The translations under genes and the position numbers were made by a program. From a virus, in the IMG/VR virus record IMGVR_UViG_3300045988_110999: a stretch of DNA of 64,000 nt, one strand, 5' to 3'. The notes under the pieces are model-generated. The model worked only from the letters and a program-made list of their open reading frames with translations, made no database searches and was not told the origin of the DNA. This document shows positions 28,270-36,159 of this stretch, piece by piece. How positions within the stretch are numbered: the first letter of the stretch is position 1; each line of letters begins with the position of its first letter.

Positions 28270-28699
28270 CAGAATTGCCCCCTTTGATTTGCTGTACACA
28301 CTTTCTCATTAAGTTCTGCTGTTGAAGTAATGTACGGAATGGAATCGTATCTTTCAATGTTGTGAAATGAGTTTTATTTGCATAGTATTTCAGCTTCGGG
28401 GAATCACCGTCCCAGTTAGGCCCCATAAGGGATACCTGTGTTTTATTATTCTCGTCGGTGGCATAGTCCAACGGATACTGCCCTTGCCAAGAAATGAAGT
28501 CATCTGGGAGCGTGAAAGGTTCTGTTTCGGAAACTGTGATTTCCTTCAAGATTTCCGGTGAGTTCTGCTCTGCCAGCTCTTCACAAAGTTCATCCATTGC
28601 GTTATTCAGGCAATAAAGCAATTCTGCGTCACTAAACGTAATTTTCTGCATATCCCCTAAACGCTGACGGACGAGTACCAGCATATCATTTACGGTCAT
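28217..28699 (-). CDS. Neck/head-tail connector family paralogue
   Basis: AAAGGAGGT SD. 'SDAELLYCLNNAMDELCEELAE' resembles the neighbour's 'MDELVAYLNDAVNFVWHVL'. Confidence 0.6.
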   Translation of the reverse strand: MTVNDMLVLVRQRLGDMQKITFSDAELLYCLNNAMDELCEELAEQNSPEILKEITVSETEPFTLPDDFISWQGQYPLDYATDENNKTQVSLMGPNWDGDSPKLKYYANKTHFTTLKDTIPFRTLLQQQNLMRKCVQQIKGGNSDDSQRTTQSGGGARTSQ

Positions 28700-28765
28700 G
28701 TACTTACCTCCTTTGGAAGTGTTTTAAAAACACTTTACAAAGCTAAAGCATTTATAATGCTTTCC

Positions 28766-29299
28766 TTATACATAGAATTGCATCGGACGTTCGATAACCG
28801 GGTAGTTATCTGCCGAGCTTAGTTTGTCCACTTCATCAGAAATCAAACCGTCTAAAGCTGTCTTCCCAAAGGTTCCGTCGATAAGGCCTGTTGCATACCG
28901 AATGAATAACTGTAGGAAGATACTCGGAAGGTCAATCTCATCTTCCATCGTAGACACTTCCGGGATGACATAGAAGTAATCCATAGTCCCCGATTCATCT
29001 ATATAGATAACATCTTTTACAATGCGATATTCACCGTCATAGGCCTTAGTCTCCCCTTCCTTGGTTACATAGATGGCTTTCATCTTAGCGAAATCGTCAG
29101 GAAGGGTAGCCTTCCCATTCCGTTCCCGAAGCTTCGTTTCTTTTACAACCCAGTTAGAATCACGATTAATCAGAATCATATTTAGGACTCTCAGCACCGA
29201 GTTAATGGCTTCAATTAATTCTGGATCGCTATGTTTTCTGGCATACATTTCGTCGAGATTAAATAGGACAGCGATAGCTACTTGTTTAACCTCAATCAT
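28766..29299 (-). CDS. Hypothetical head/neck protein
   Basis: ATG 29299 overlaps the upstream TGA (ATGA coupling); the track start at 29353 lacks an SD. Confidence 0.55.
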   Translation of the reverse strand: MIEVKQVAIAVLFNLDEMYARKHSDPELIEAINSVLRVLNMILINRDSNWVVKETKLRERNGKATLPDDFAKMKAIYVTKEGETKAYDGEYRIVKDVIYIDESGTMDYFYVIPEVSTMEDEIDLPSIFLQLFIRYATGLIDGTFGKTALDGLISDEVDKLSSADNYPVIERPMQFYV

Positions 29300-29610
29300 T
29301 CGCTTCTGCCCCCAGGGTTGCACGTCCGAAATTCGGGATGCTTCCAGAGCCATTGGTCCAGAATCCGGTTTGCCTCGATATTATCTTTGCCACGGAGCTG
29401 TAAGTACCGGCGAAGCTCAATGTCGGTCGTGAAATAAATTCTAGGGATAGAGGCAATACGTTTAGCTTTCTTCCCTTCAATCCAGCCTTCTTTGCCACTC
29501 ATACGGGATTCATAGCACTCACGGAGGCAATCTCCTTCATCCCACGTATGTTTGATTCTGAATTCGTGAGTGTCCTTATCTACTTCTACATCACTATGGA
29601 TAATCGGCAT
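29296..29610 (-). CDS. Hypothetical protein downstream of the capsid gene
   Basis: ORF track; GAGGTGA SD. Confidence 0.6.
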   Translation of the reverse strand: MPIIHSDVEVDKDTHEFRIKHTWDEGDCLRECYESRMSGKEGWIEGKKAKRIASIPRIYFTTDIELRRYLQLRGKDNIEANRILDQWLWKHPEFRTCNPGGRSE

Positions 29611-29625
29611 ATACTCACCTCGTTA

Positions 29626-29661
29626 TAAAAAAAATAAGGGGCTATTCCGAAGAACAGCCCC
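29626..29661 (-). terminator. Rho-independent terminator after the major capsid gene
   Basis: Minus strand: GGGGCT-N12-AGCCCC followed by TTATTTTTTTT. Confidence 0.75.
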
Positions 29662-29723
29662 AAAGAAAAGCGCAGAAAGTACTTTAGCTCCGTAAAACGT
29701 ATTAAAATATGTTCTAGAGAGAC

Positions 29724-30890
29724 CTATTTAGAGATATTTTTGATACGAGCAGATGCAATCGGAGCTGTACATTCCAGAGTTACAGAACCAGTAATTACTT
29801 TCTGTTTGTAAGTACCAGTACGGGGCGGATTTTCCGTGTGGAACGGAATAAGATAACCAAGTTTCCAATACTGGAATTCCATAAGGTCTACGACATCGTC
29901 TGTGTACATACGATGAGCGTTGACATCAACACGACCGAAGTCCGTTTCTATGACATCAATTACCTCTGTGATGTTTCGTTTGTCAGCATCACGGGTTTTA
30001 GTTGTGTTCGGAGTCCACCCGGAAATCTTACGTTTGTTTTTACCAGAGCAAACGATAGTGTCGGGGGAACCGCCACGTTTCCATTCGAGTTGCATAGTGT
30101 CGTTAAGAAGGTCAAAGGTAAATTCACCTTTTGAAGCCGTAGCGGCATCAACAACGTTCTGATTGGAAACAACCATTTTACCAGTAGTTACCGCACCAGA
30201 CGGCTTAATAGCTGTGTCCGAAGTATTAGACATCATAGTTGCCTGCGGAGTATCATGTACCGTAAAGGTATTAGCGTCGATAACATGGACGTAATACGGG
30301 GTATTTGCTTTATAGCCACTATCCAGCGTACCACCAGCAGCCGCAGAGAAGATGACCGGGTCGCCATTAAAGAATTCATGCCCGTTTACCGTAATAACAC
30401 CTTTCGTGTCGATACCAGCTACGGGTTTCGTAGCTTCGAGGAAGAAGGACACACCACCAAAGCGAGCGGCTTCTGTATCCTCCGGTTTAGCTACTTTGTT
30501 ATTTACGATAGCATATTCAAGGTCACGAGCTGTTTCTTTACCGCATTTCGTAAACTGGTACGCGAGTTCATCACGGACACCATATTTCTTAATGGCCTGT
30601 GTGGTATCAGTAACAGAATAGCCGTTCATAAACTGCTGAACATAGTTTGCGGAACGGGTACGGGGACGGGCTTTCTGTACGTCGAAGTCAGTAGCTTCCA
30701 TCGTAGCGTTGTCACGAGCAGGACGAAGGTTATCGTTCAGCCATTCATGTTTCGTACTTGTAACGGAAGTGCGACCGAACCGATTAGTATAAAAAGTTTC
30801 GTCAGGGTCGAGGGCGGTGATGAAATCCGTAATGTCTTCGACCTTACCTACAACAGTACCAGATTTAACTGTTTTATCAATGATTGCCAA
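29724..30890 (-). CDS. Major capsid protein (HK97-fold type)
   Basis: Lies after scaffold and portal. TTG start behind AAGGAGGA. N-terminal 'AIIDKT...ITDFITALDPDETFYTNRFG' is typical of this capsid family. Followed by a terminator. Confidence 0.8.
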   Translation of the reverse strand: MAIIDKTVKSGTVVGKVEDITDFITALDPDETFYTNRFGRTSVTSTKHEWLNDNLRPARDNATMEATDFDVQKARPRTRSANYVQQFMNGYSVTDTTQAIKKYGVRDELAYQFTKCGKETARDLEYAIVNNKVAKPEDTEAARFGGVSFFLEATKPVAGIDTKGVITVNGHEFFNGDPVIFSAAAGGTLDSGYKANTPYYVHVIDANTFTVHDTPQATMMSNTSDTAIKPSGAVTTGKMVVSNQNVVDAATASKGEFTFDLLNDTMQLEWKRGGSPDTIVCSGKNKRKISGWTPNTTKTRDADKRNITEVIDVIETDFGRVDVNAHRMYTDDVVDLMEFQYWKLGYLIPFHTENPPRTGTYKQKVITGSVTLECTAPIASARIKNISK

Positions 30891-30902
30891 TTATTTTCCT
30901 CC

Positions 30903-31976
30903 TTAACCGAGACCGAGCTTACTGGCTAATTGAGCCTGCTGGTCTAACGTCAATTTACCCAGCTTCGAGTAGTCGATATTTTTCTGATTCGGCTGGGGTG
31001 TATTCTTGACGGCTCCTGTTGATTCCGCAAAGGGAGGTTTCTGTTTCGGTACGGGTTTTGCAGGTGTCGCAACCGGCTTATTCTGAGGAACCTGTTGTTC
31101 ACCAGCCGGTACATAACCTCTCGCTCTATAGAATTCGTCCCGTACTGCTCCCATGTATGCGTCAATTACACGAGCGTCATTGTTTCTAAGTGCCTGCTGA
31201 ATCTGTACAGCCTGCTGATACGGCAACTGCTGTAACCGCTGTGCGGCATACTGGTCAATCGCCTGAATATTGGGGTCTTGAGCGTACTTGTTGTACACCT
31301 TCTGAATTTCCTGCTGGCGAATGTTACGTTCATACATAGTAGCTTTAATGGTAGAAATTTCGTCTGCCAAAGCCGCCTGATGAACAGGGTTATATTCGTC
31401 GAAATCTTCCCCTAAATTTTCCGAAACCCTCTTAATCGCATAGTCGGAAAGAGTCTTGTAATACTCCTTAGGGTCAACCTGAGTCTGCTGTGTCTGAGGC
31501 TGGGCCGGTTGCTGAGGCGGTACAGATTGTCCCTGTTGCATATTCTGCTGGGGATTCTGCTGACTATGCTGGGCATACATGGCTTCCATGCGTCGTTTTT
31601 CTTCCGCAAGGGCCTGCGTCTTTGCCGTGTAGTCAGAGTGCATCATATAACCATTCCGAAGCTCATCCAAAGTGACTTCATGTTCTACACCATTGACCTT
31701 AACCTTGTATTTCTCCGGTTCGGGAGGAAGTTGTTCGTCTGCTGGTCCTTCTTCACCATCTTCGGAATCTTCATCGTCGAACATATGAGGATTTAAAGTA
31801 ACATCCCCACTTTCCGGATCAATTTTCCAGTCAAAGTCCTCTTCACCCCCGTTCTGCTCATTCGAGCCTTCGGGGTTTGCACCGGAGTCCTCTACAGGTT
31901 GTTCCAATGCTGTATTATCAGCTGTCGGTTCTTCACCTTCAGCAAATAATTGTAAATCAAATTTCAAATCTTCCAT
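30903..31976 (-). CDS. Scaffolding protein
   Basis: 'MEDLKFDLQLFAEGEEP', acidic N-terminus, Q-rich helical body; lies between portal and capsid. ATG 31976 follows GAAAGGAG. Confidence 0.7.
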   Translation of the reverse strand: MEDLKFDLQLFAEGEEPTADNTALEQPVEDSGANPEGSNEQNGGEEDFDWKIDPESGDVTLNPHMFDDEDSEDGEEGPADEQLPPEPEKYKVKVNGVEHEVTLDELRNGYMMHSDYTAKTQALAEEKRRMEAMYAQHSQQNPQQNMQQGQSVPPQQPAQPQTQQTQVDPKEYYKTLSDYAIKRVSENLGEDFDEYNPVHQAALADEISTIKATMYERNIRQQEIQKVYNKYAQDPNIQAIDQYAAQRLQQLPYQQAVQIQQALRNNDARVIDAYMGAVRDEFYRARGYVPAGEQQVPQNKPVATPAKPVPKQKPPFAESTGAVKNTPQPNQKNIDYSKLGKLTLDQQAQLASKLGLG

Positions 31977-32020
31977 GTTTTCTCCTTTCACTCCCAGTAA
32001 GGGTTGGTGAGAGTCTAAAT

Positions 32021-33055
32021 TTAACTAAACCAACGAGAATTTATAGAACGAATAATGTCCCCAACACTGGCGTCGCCCCACTCGTAGGGATTAGGAGTAT
32101 TATCTGGAGTGCCTACGGTAGCGGCATTTGCTCTGGCGTCCGATTCAGACGGGGTGTAATTGTAGGCGTCTGAGTCGTTACCTCCGCCCCCGTTATCGTC
32201 TCCTCCATACCCGGAACCGCCGCCATCTCCTCCACCGTAGGAAGAACCATCATCGGAATAACCAGAGTCATCACCGCTGTAATCTGCTTGAGCGGCCTGT
32301 GCCGCTGCTGCGGCGGCTTCGGCCTCTGCCTGACGCTGAAGTTCTGCCTGCCATGCAAGGTAGTTCGTCCAGTCTTTAGAAGCCTGTGTCGGCTCCCAAA
32401 CACCAGAATTCGTCAAGGCCTGGGCTGACTGCCAGTTGAAATTCTGGTTCATGTAATTATAAAGCGTGTTTGCATCCCAATCAGGATGGAGTTCTTTCAA
32501 CTTATTTAAATTCCATAGCATAGCCAATTCAGGATTTTTGCTCGGGTTCTGTAACTGTGAGCCATCCTTTAAGTCCTGGGTCTGATACTGCATCGCGGCA
32601 TTGGGTACATACTGTTCAAGCTGGGCTTCTGGTCGTTCACCGTTCAGAATTTTATAAACTCTTTCTTTGAAACCGGGTCTAAGTGAACTCTTGGAGTCCC
32701 AGTCACGGGCCGCTTGAAGACCTTTATCATACTGGTTTAGTGCGTCCTGATTGTATACCGTAGGCTTCCACGTATTACCATACTGACCTTTGTACTGATA
32801 AGTTTCCGGACTAACCGGATTAGAAGGAGCCGCTTTGTCTGCAAAGTTACCCAACAGACTATTTTTCAAAGCCTGACTTGCCATTGCCTGACCTACTGGG
32901 CCAGCAGTAACAGAATTTTTCTGAGCCTGACCAGTGGTAACTTCCTTAGCAGGGGTAGCACTAGCTGGGGCATTTGCCATAACATCCTGTGGTGAATATG
33001 TTGGGTTATACGCAAAATGCCCATCTGTAAACTGAATCCTATTAGTCTTTGCCAT
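32021..33055 (-). CDS. Hypothetical head-associated protein with Gly/Asp/Ser-rich C-terminal region
   Basis: ORF track; AGGAGGT SD; 'SGDDSGYSDDGSSYGGGDGGGSGYGGDDNGGGGND'. Confidence 0.6.
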   Translation of the reverse strand: MAKTNRIQFTDGHFAYNPTYSPQDVMANAPASATPAKEVTTGQAQKNSVTAGPVGQAMASQALKNSLLGNFADKAAPSNPVSPETYQYKGQYGNTWKPTVYNQDALNQYDKGLQAARDWDSKSSLRPGFKERVYKILNGERPEAQLEQYVPNAAMQYQTQDLKDGSQLQNPSKNPELAMLWNLNKLKELHPDWDANTLYNYMNQNFNWQSAQALTNSGVWEPTQASKDWTNYLAWQAELQRQAEAEAAAAAAQAAQADYSGDDSGYSDDGSSYGGGDGGGSGYGGDDNGGGGNDSDAYNYTPSESDARANAATVGTPDNTPNPYEWGDASVGDIIRSINSRWFS

Positions 33056-33063
33056 CAAACCTC

Positions 33064-33330
33064 CTATAATCTGCTATACCAATCTTCTGAGTTGGCATAA
33101 CTAACTTTCTTTTCCTCTAACTCTTCCAGCTCGCTCTTGGCAATCTTACCGTTATTTACCTTAGCTACGAGCCAGTCTCTAAAATCCTCCGACGCCACCA
33201 GCTTGTTTCGGAGGTCCATTACCTCTTTCACGGGGCACGTTTTGAGGTTGCCGATTATCAGTTCTTGATAATCCTCCAACCATTCCGCTATTAGGGTTTC
33301 CACCAGCTGCGCCTGTTCCGCTTTGTCCAT
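33064..33330 (-). CDS. Helical hypothetical protein, entirely overlapping the portal 3' end in the +1 frame
   Basis: ORF track. The frame stays open upstream to 33378 ('ELDKTELEYKKQLAQA' precedes the ATG). Confidence 0.45.
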   Translation of the reverse strand: MDKAEQAQLVETLIAEWLEDYQELIIGNLKTCPVKEVMDLRNKLVASEDFRDWLVAKVNNGKIAKSELEELEEKKVSYANSEDWYSRL

Positions 33331-35332
33331 AGCCTGCGCCAGTTGTTTCTTGTACTCCAGCTCCGTTTTGTCCAGTTCCTACACCTCCCCACATAGTTCT
33401 AGTAGCCGAACCGGAATCAAACAGCGCTTGGATTTCCGGGGGCAGTGACACTAAGATATCAGGCGGTAAAACACCTGTCTGCATGTAAAGCTGGGCCGCT
33501 TGAGGCGGTAACGAAGCTAATACTTGCATCTTCAACTGATATTCAGTAGCCATCCTCTGTTGTACAACAGCCGGATCGGTAATATAATCTGCGTAATTCT
33601 TAAAGCCAGCGGCTTCAATCCACTTCTTGAACAGATTATAGATATTATCCGGAGTAACAATAGGAATACCAGCATTTCTCACCTGCATCAGGGCTGTAAG
33701 CATGGATTGGAGCATCAACTGAGTGCTTTCCTTCGAGGCAATACTGATACCAGCATTGACAACCAAATCAAAATTACCTTGTAAATCGTCTGGGCTGATA
33801 GCCAGTTCCTTATTTGTAAGACGGATAACTGTATTCTGGTCAATGAATTTCTGGTTAAGACCAATCATGAACCGGAATAGTTCATAGACACCCGTTTCAG
33901 CGAACATCCGAGCAATCAGTTCAAGGCGCTGGGTGCTAGCTCCCATAATCTGAGAGATACCGGTAGCTGTCTTATTGAGGGTATTCGCATCAAGACCTTG
34001 GTTATACCGTGTAATACCCGTTCGGTTTTCCTTCTGAGACTCGATATATTCAAGGAACTGGTATGTATACGGACTCAACTGATTGACCGGCATCGACATA
34101 GCCACATCCTGCATTGGATGATTGGCTTTCTTTCGGATAACAGCACGACCTTTGACATAATCGTCGATATTGATAGCATCCTCAGCCAGAATCATCTTTG
34201 GGTCATTCGTCAAAGCAATATTCTGTACAATCTGACGGGTGAGAGCGACTTTTAAGTCCTGCAATTCACCAATCAGCTCTGCGTAAGACCGTTTCACCCA
34301 GATTCGGTGAGGGTCTTTCGTCGGACTGATAGCAAAGAACGGATGTCGACCCATATAGTTCGGTTCTACTCGTAAAACGACGTCATCTACGATGGTAATA
34401 ATCATATCTTCAAGAACACCATCGTTATTCCAGTCCAGCTTCGTATAACATTCATATAATGTTACCTCGGCTCTGGCGTCATCAGCTTCCTGGCTGCTTC
34501 CTTGGTAGTTATCTCCGATTACCTGCTCTACTTGGTCATCGCTCATAATTCCTGACTTAGGTTTCGGGGTAATCTGGTCTACGTTTGCGTAGATGCCCTG
34601 CTGTTCCCGTTCTCGGAGGTAGCTCATCGTCACTTTCTTCTTATGGGCAACGAAATTTGCCTCGTCCAAAGACTTTGCATCGGAGGAATATAACAGCTCA
34701 GACACCAGAATATTCTCGATGACCGGGGCGTTTTTTACGTAATACGGGGATAAATACTGTACACGCACGATACCGAACATGTCAGGGCCCTCTACAGACT
34801 GGATTTCAACGTTCTGCTGGGTAAGTTCTTGGAAAGCTCTCATATTCATGGACTGTTCAAGCAGTTGGTAATCCTCTTTCCGGTCCCAATAGCATTTAAT
34901 GATGCCCATGCCCGTAATCAAGGCGTCTTTCATCCAGTTGTAAAGGATTGGAAAGAACCGGTTCTGCCGCTGGAGCTGATAAACAAGGAGCTGTTGCATG
35001 ATTTCCGCGTTACGATCATCTTCTTCCGAGGACCCTTGTACCGTAACGACTTCATCACCGCCCGTAAAGACTTTAATTAGAGACGGCAACGCCCATTCAA
35101 TCGTATCTGTGACATCGGTAGATACTAAAGACGATACTTTCGACAGTCTAGGGAGCTTCCTTGCATAGTAATCCTTGTCTGCATAGTAGATTTCATATCG
35201 TTCCTTTACAGTAGGGAGGATAACCGTATCCTGATAGTTCTCTGCGTCGGAAATATCCCTCTGCAAGGCAGTCACAAGGCTTTTATCAATGTCATCCAGT
35301 GTCGGATTTTCCTTATTTTGGATGAAGCTCAA
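33179..35332 (-). CDS. Portal protein
   Basis: 717 aa, lies downstream of terL. TTG start behind GAAGGAGGTG. The C-terminal ~50 aa are Gly-rich low complexity and overlap another ORF. Confidence 0.8.
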   Translation of the reverse strand: MSFIQNKENPTLDDIDKSLVTALQRDISDAENYQDTVILPTVKERYEIYYADKDYYARKLPRLSKVSSLVSTDVTDTIEWALPSLIKVFTGGDEVVTVQGSSEEDDRNAEIMQQLLVYQLQRQNRFFPILYNWMKDALITGMGIIKCYWDRKEDYQLLEQSMNMRAFQELTQQNVEIQSVEGPDMFGIVRVQYLSPYYVKNAPVIENILVSELLYSSDAKSLDEANFVAHKKKVTMSYLREREQQGIYANVDQITPKPKSGIMSDDQVEQVIGDNYQGSSQEADDARAEVTLYECYTKLDWNNDGVLEDMIITIVDDVVLRVEPNYMGRHPFFAISPTKDPHRIWVKRSYAELIGELQDLKVALTRQIVQNIALTNDPKMILAEDAINIDDYVKGRAVIRKKANHPMQDVAMSMPVNQLSPYTYQFLEYIESQKENRTGITRYNQGLDANTLNKTATGISQIMGASTQRLELIARMFAETGVYELFRFMIGLNQKFIDQNTVIRLTNKELAISPDDLQGNFDLVVNAGISIASKESTQLMLQSMLTALMQVRNAGIPIVTPDNIYNLFKKWIEAAGFKNYADYITDPAVVQQRMATEYQLKMQVLASLPPQAAQLYMQTGVLPPDILVSLPPEIQALFDSGSATRTMWGGVGTGQNGAGVQETTGAGYGQSGTGAAGGNPNSGMVGGLSRTDNRQPQNVPRERGNGPPKQAGGVGGF

Positions 35333-35396
35333 TCTATCACCTCCTTCGGAAACGACTTTAGTCGTTTCACGATGCTAAAGCAAGTCTTACTTTCCA

Positions 35397-35672
35397 TTAG
35401 AGCTGTCGATTTATGATGGTATCGGGTTTAAAAGCCGACCCGATGATTTCTCCGTTATCCAAAAGGATAAGGGAACGCTTTGCCCGGCCTCTGGTTGCGT
35501 CAAAAAACATACCAGCATCCCGGCGTCTCTTATATAATCGTTCTACCATATTCCCGATAAACGGCATGATACAGGTGACTCGGGCCGTATTCACTACGAA
35601 ACCGAAGCCGATATCCATGAACACACCGTTTTCAGGGTTGATTTTCACTCTTTCTGTTGTTGCTGACTTCAT
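35397..35672 (-). CDS. RemA/DUF370-family DNA-binding protein homologue
   Basis: 'IGFGFVVNTARVTCIMPFIGNMVERLYKRRRDAGMFFDATRGRAKRSLILLDNGEIIGSAFKPDTIINR' aligns without gaps to the RemA pattern IGFG..NR...I.P......R......G...DAT.GR..R......D...I.SA..P.T...R. Confidence 0.8.
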   Translation of the reverse strand: MKSATTERVKINPENGVFMDIGFGFVVNTARVTCIMPFIGNMVERLYKRRRDAGMFFDATRGRAKRSLILLDNGEIIGSAFKPDTIINRQL

Positions 35673-35680
35673 ATATACCC

Positions 35681-35821
35681 CTAACTATAAAATTTAGGAG
35701 CTTCGCCCTCTTCGGTATCATTCTCATAAGTGGCGATACCCATAAGGACGAACAACTCCTGTAATTCTGAAACTTGTTCTTCAAGGAGTTCTATACGCTT
35801 TTCTAACTCTTCTTTGCTCAT
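35681..35821 (-). CDS. Small acidic helical protein (46 aa, below the ORF-track cutoff)
   Basis: ATG behind AAGGAGGG; 'MSKEELEKRIELLEEQVSELQELFVLMGIATYENDTEEGEAPKFYS'. Confidence 0.5.
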   Translation of the reverse strand: MSKEELEKRIELLEEQVSELQELFVLMGIATYENDTEEGEAPKFYS

Positions 35822-35840
35822 ATACCCTCCTTATAGATTA

Positions 35841-35915
35841 TGGCGGCGGTACTTAGAATCGAACTAAGACTAGCAGAGTCAAAGTCTGCTGTACTGACCG
35901 TTATACGATACCGCT
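35841..35915 (-). tRNA. tRNA-Gln (anticodon UUG)
   Basis: Cloverleaf by eye: anticodon stem GCAGA/TCTGC with loop CTTTGAC; T-arm CTTAG-TTCGATT-CTAAG; encoded 3' GCCA. Confidence 0.8.
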
Positions 35916-35918
35916 ATG

Positions 35919-35992
35919 TGGCATGGGTACAAGGACTCGAACCAAGATTGACGGTTTTGGAGACCGTAGTCTTTCCATTAGACGATACCCAC
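35919..35992 (-). tRNA. tRNA-Trp (anticodon CCA), with two U-U mismatches in the T-stem
   Basis: Acceptor GTGGGTA/TACCCAT; anticodon stem ACGGT/ACCGT with loop CTCCAAA; T-arm CTTGG-TTCGAGT-CCTTG is imperfect; encoded CCA. Confidence 0.6.
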
Positions 35993-35993
35993 A

Positions 35994-36081
35994 TGGCAGA
36001 GGAGGTGGGATTTGAACCCACGGTGCTGCTACGCACAGCTGTTTTCAGGACAGCCACCTTAATCCACTCGGACACTCCTCT
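35994..36081 (-). tRNA. Type II tRNA-Ser (anticodon UGA) with a long variable arm
   Basis: Acceptor AGAGGAG/CTCCTCT; anticodon stem GCTGT/ACAGC with loop CCTGAAA (C at position 33); variable arm GTGC-GTAGCA-GCAC; T-arm GTGGG-TTCAAAT-CCCAC; encoded CCA. Confidence 0.7.
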
Positions 36082-36085
36082 AATC

Positions 36086-36159
36086 TGGTTGCGGGGGATA
36101 GAGTCGAACTATCGTAACTGGGGAATGAGCCCAGCGTCCTACCTTTAGACGACCCCGCC
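36086..36159 (-). tRNA. tRNA-Met (anticodon CAU) with initiator-like features
   Basis: Anticodon stem CTGGG/CCCAG (three G-C pairs next to the loop) with loop CTCATTC; 1-72 is a G-A mismatch; T-arm GATAG-TTCGACT-CTATC; encoded CCA. Confidence 0.65.

Noticed and set aside
35840-36148. 102-aa plus-strand ORF
   Set aside because: It is exactly the antisense of the four tRNA genes, and the tRNA cloverleaves explain the sequence.
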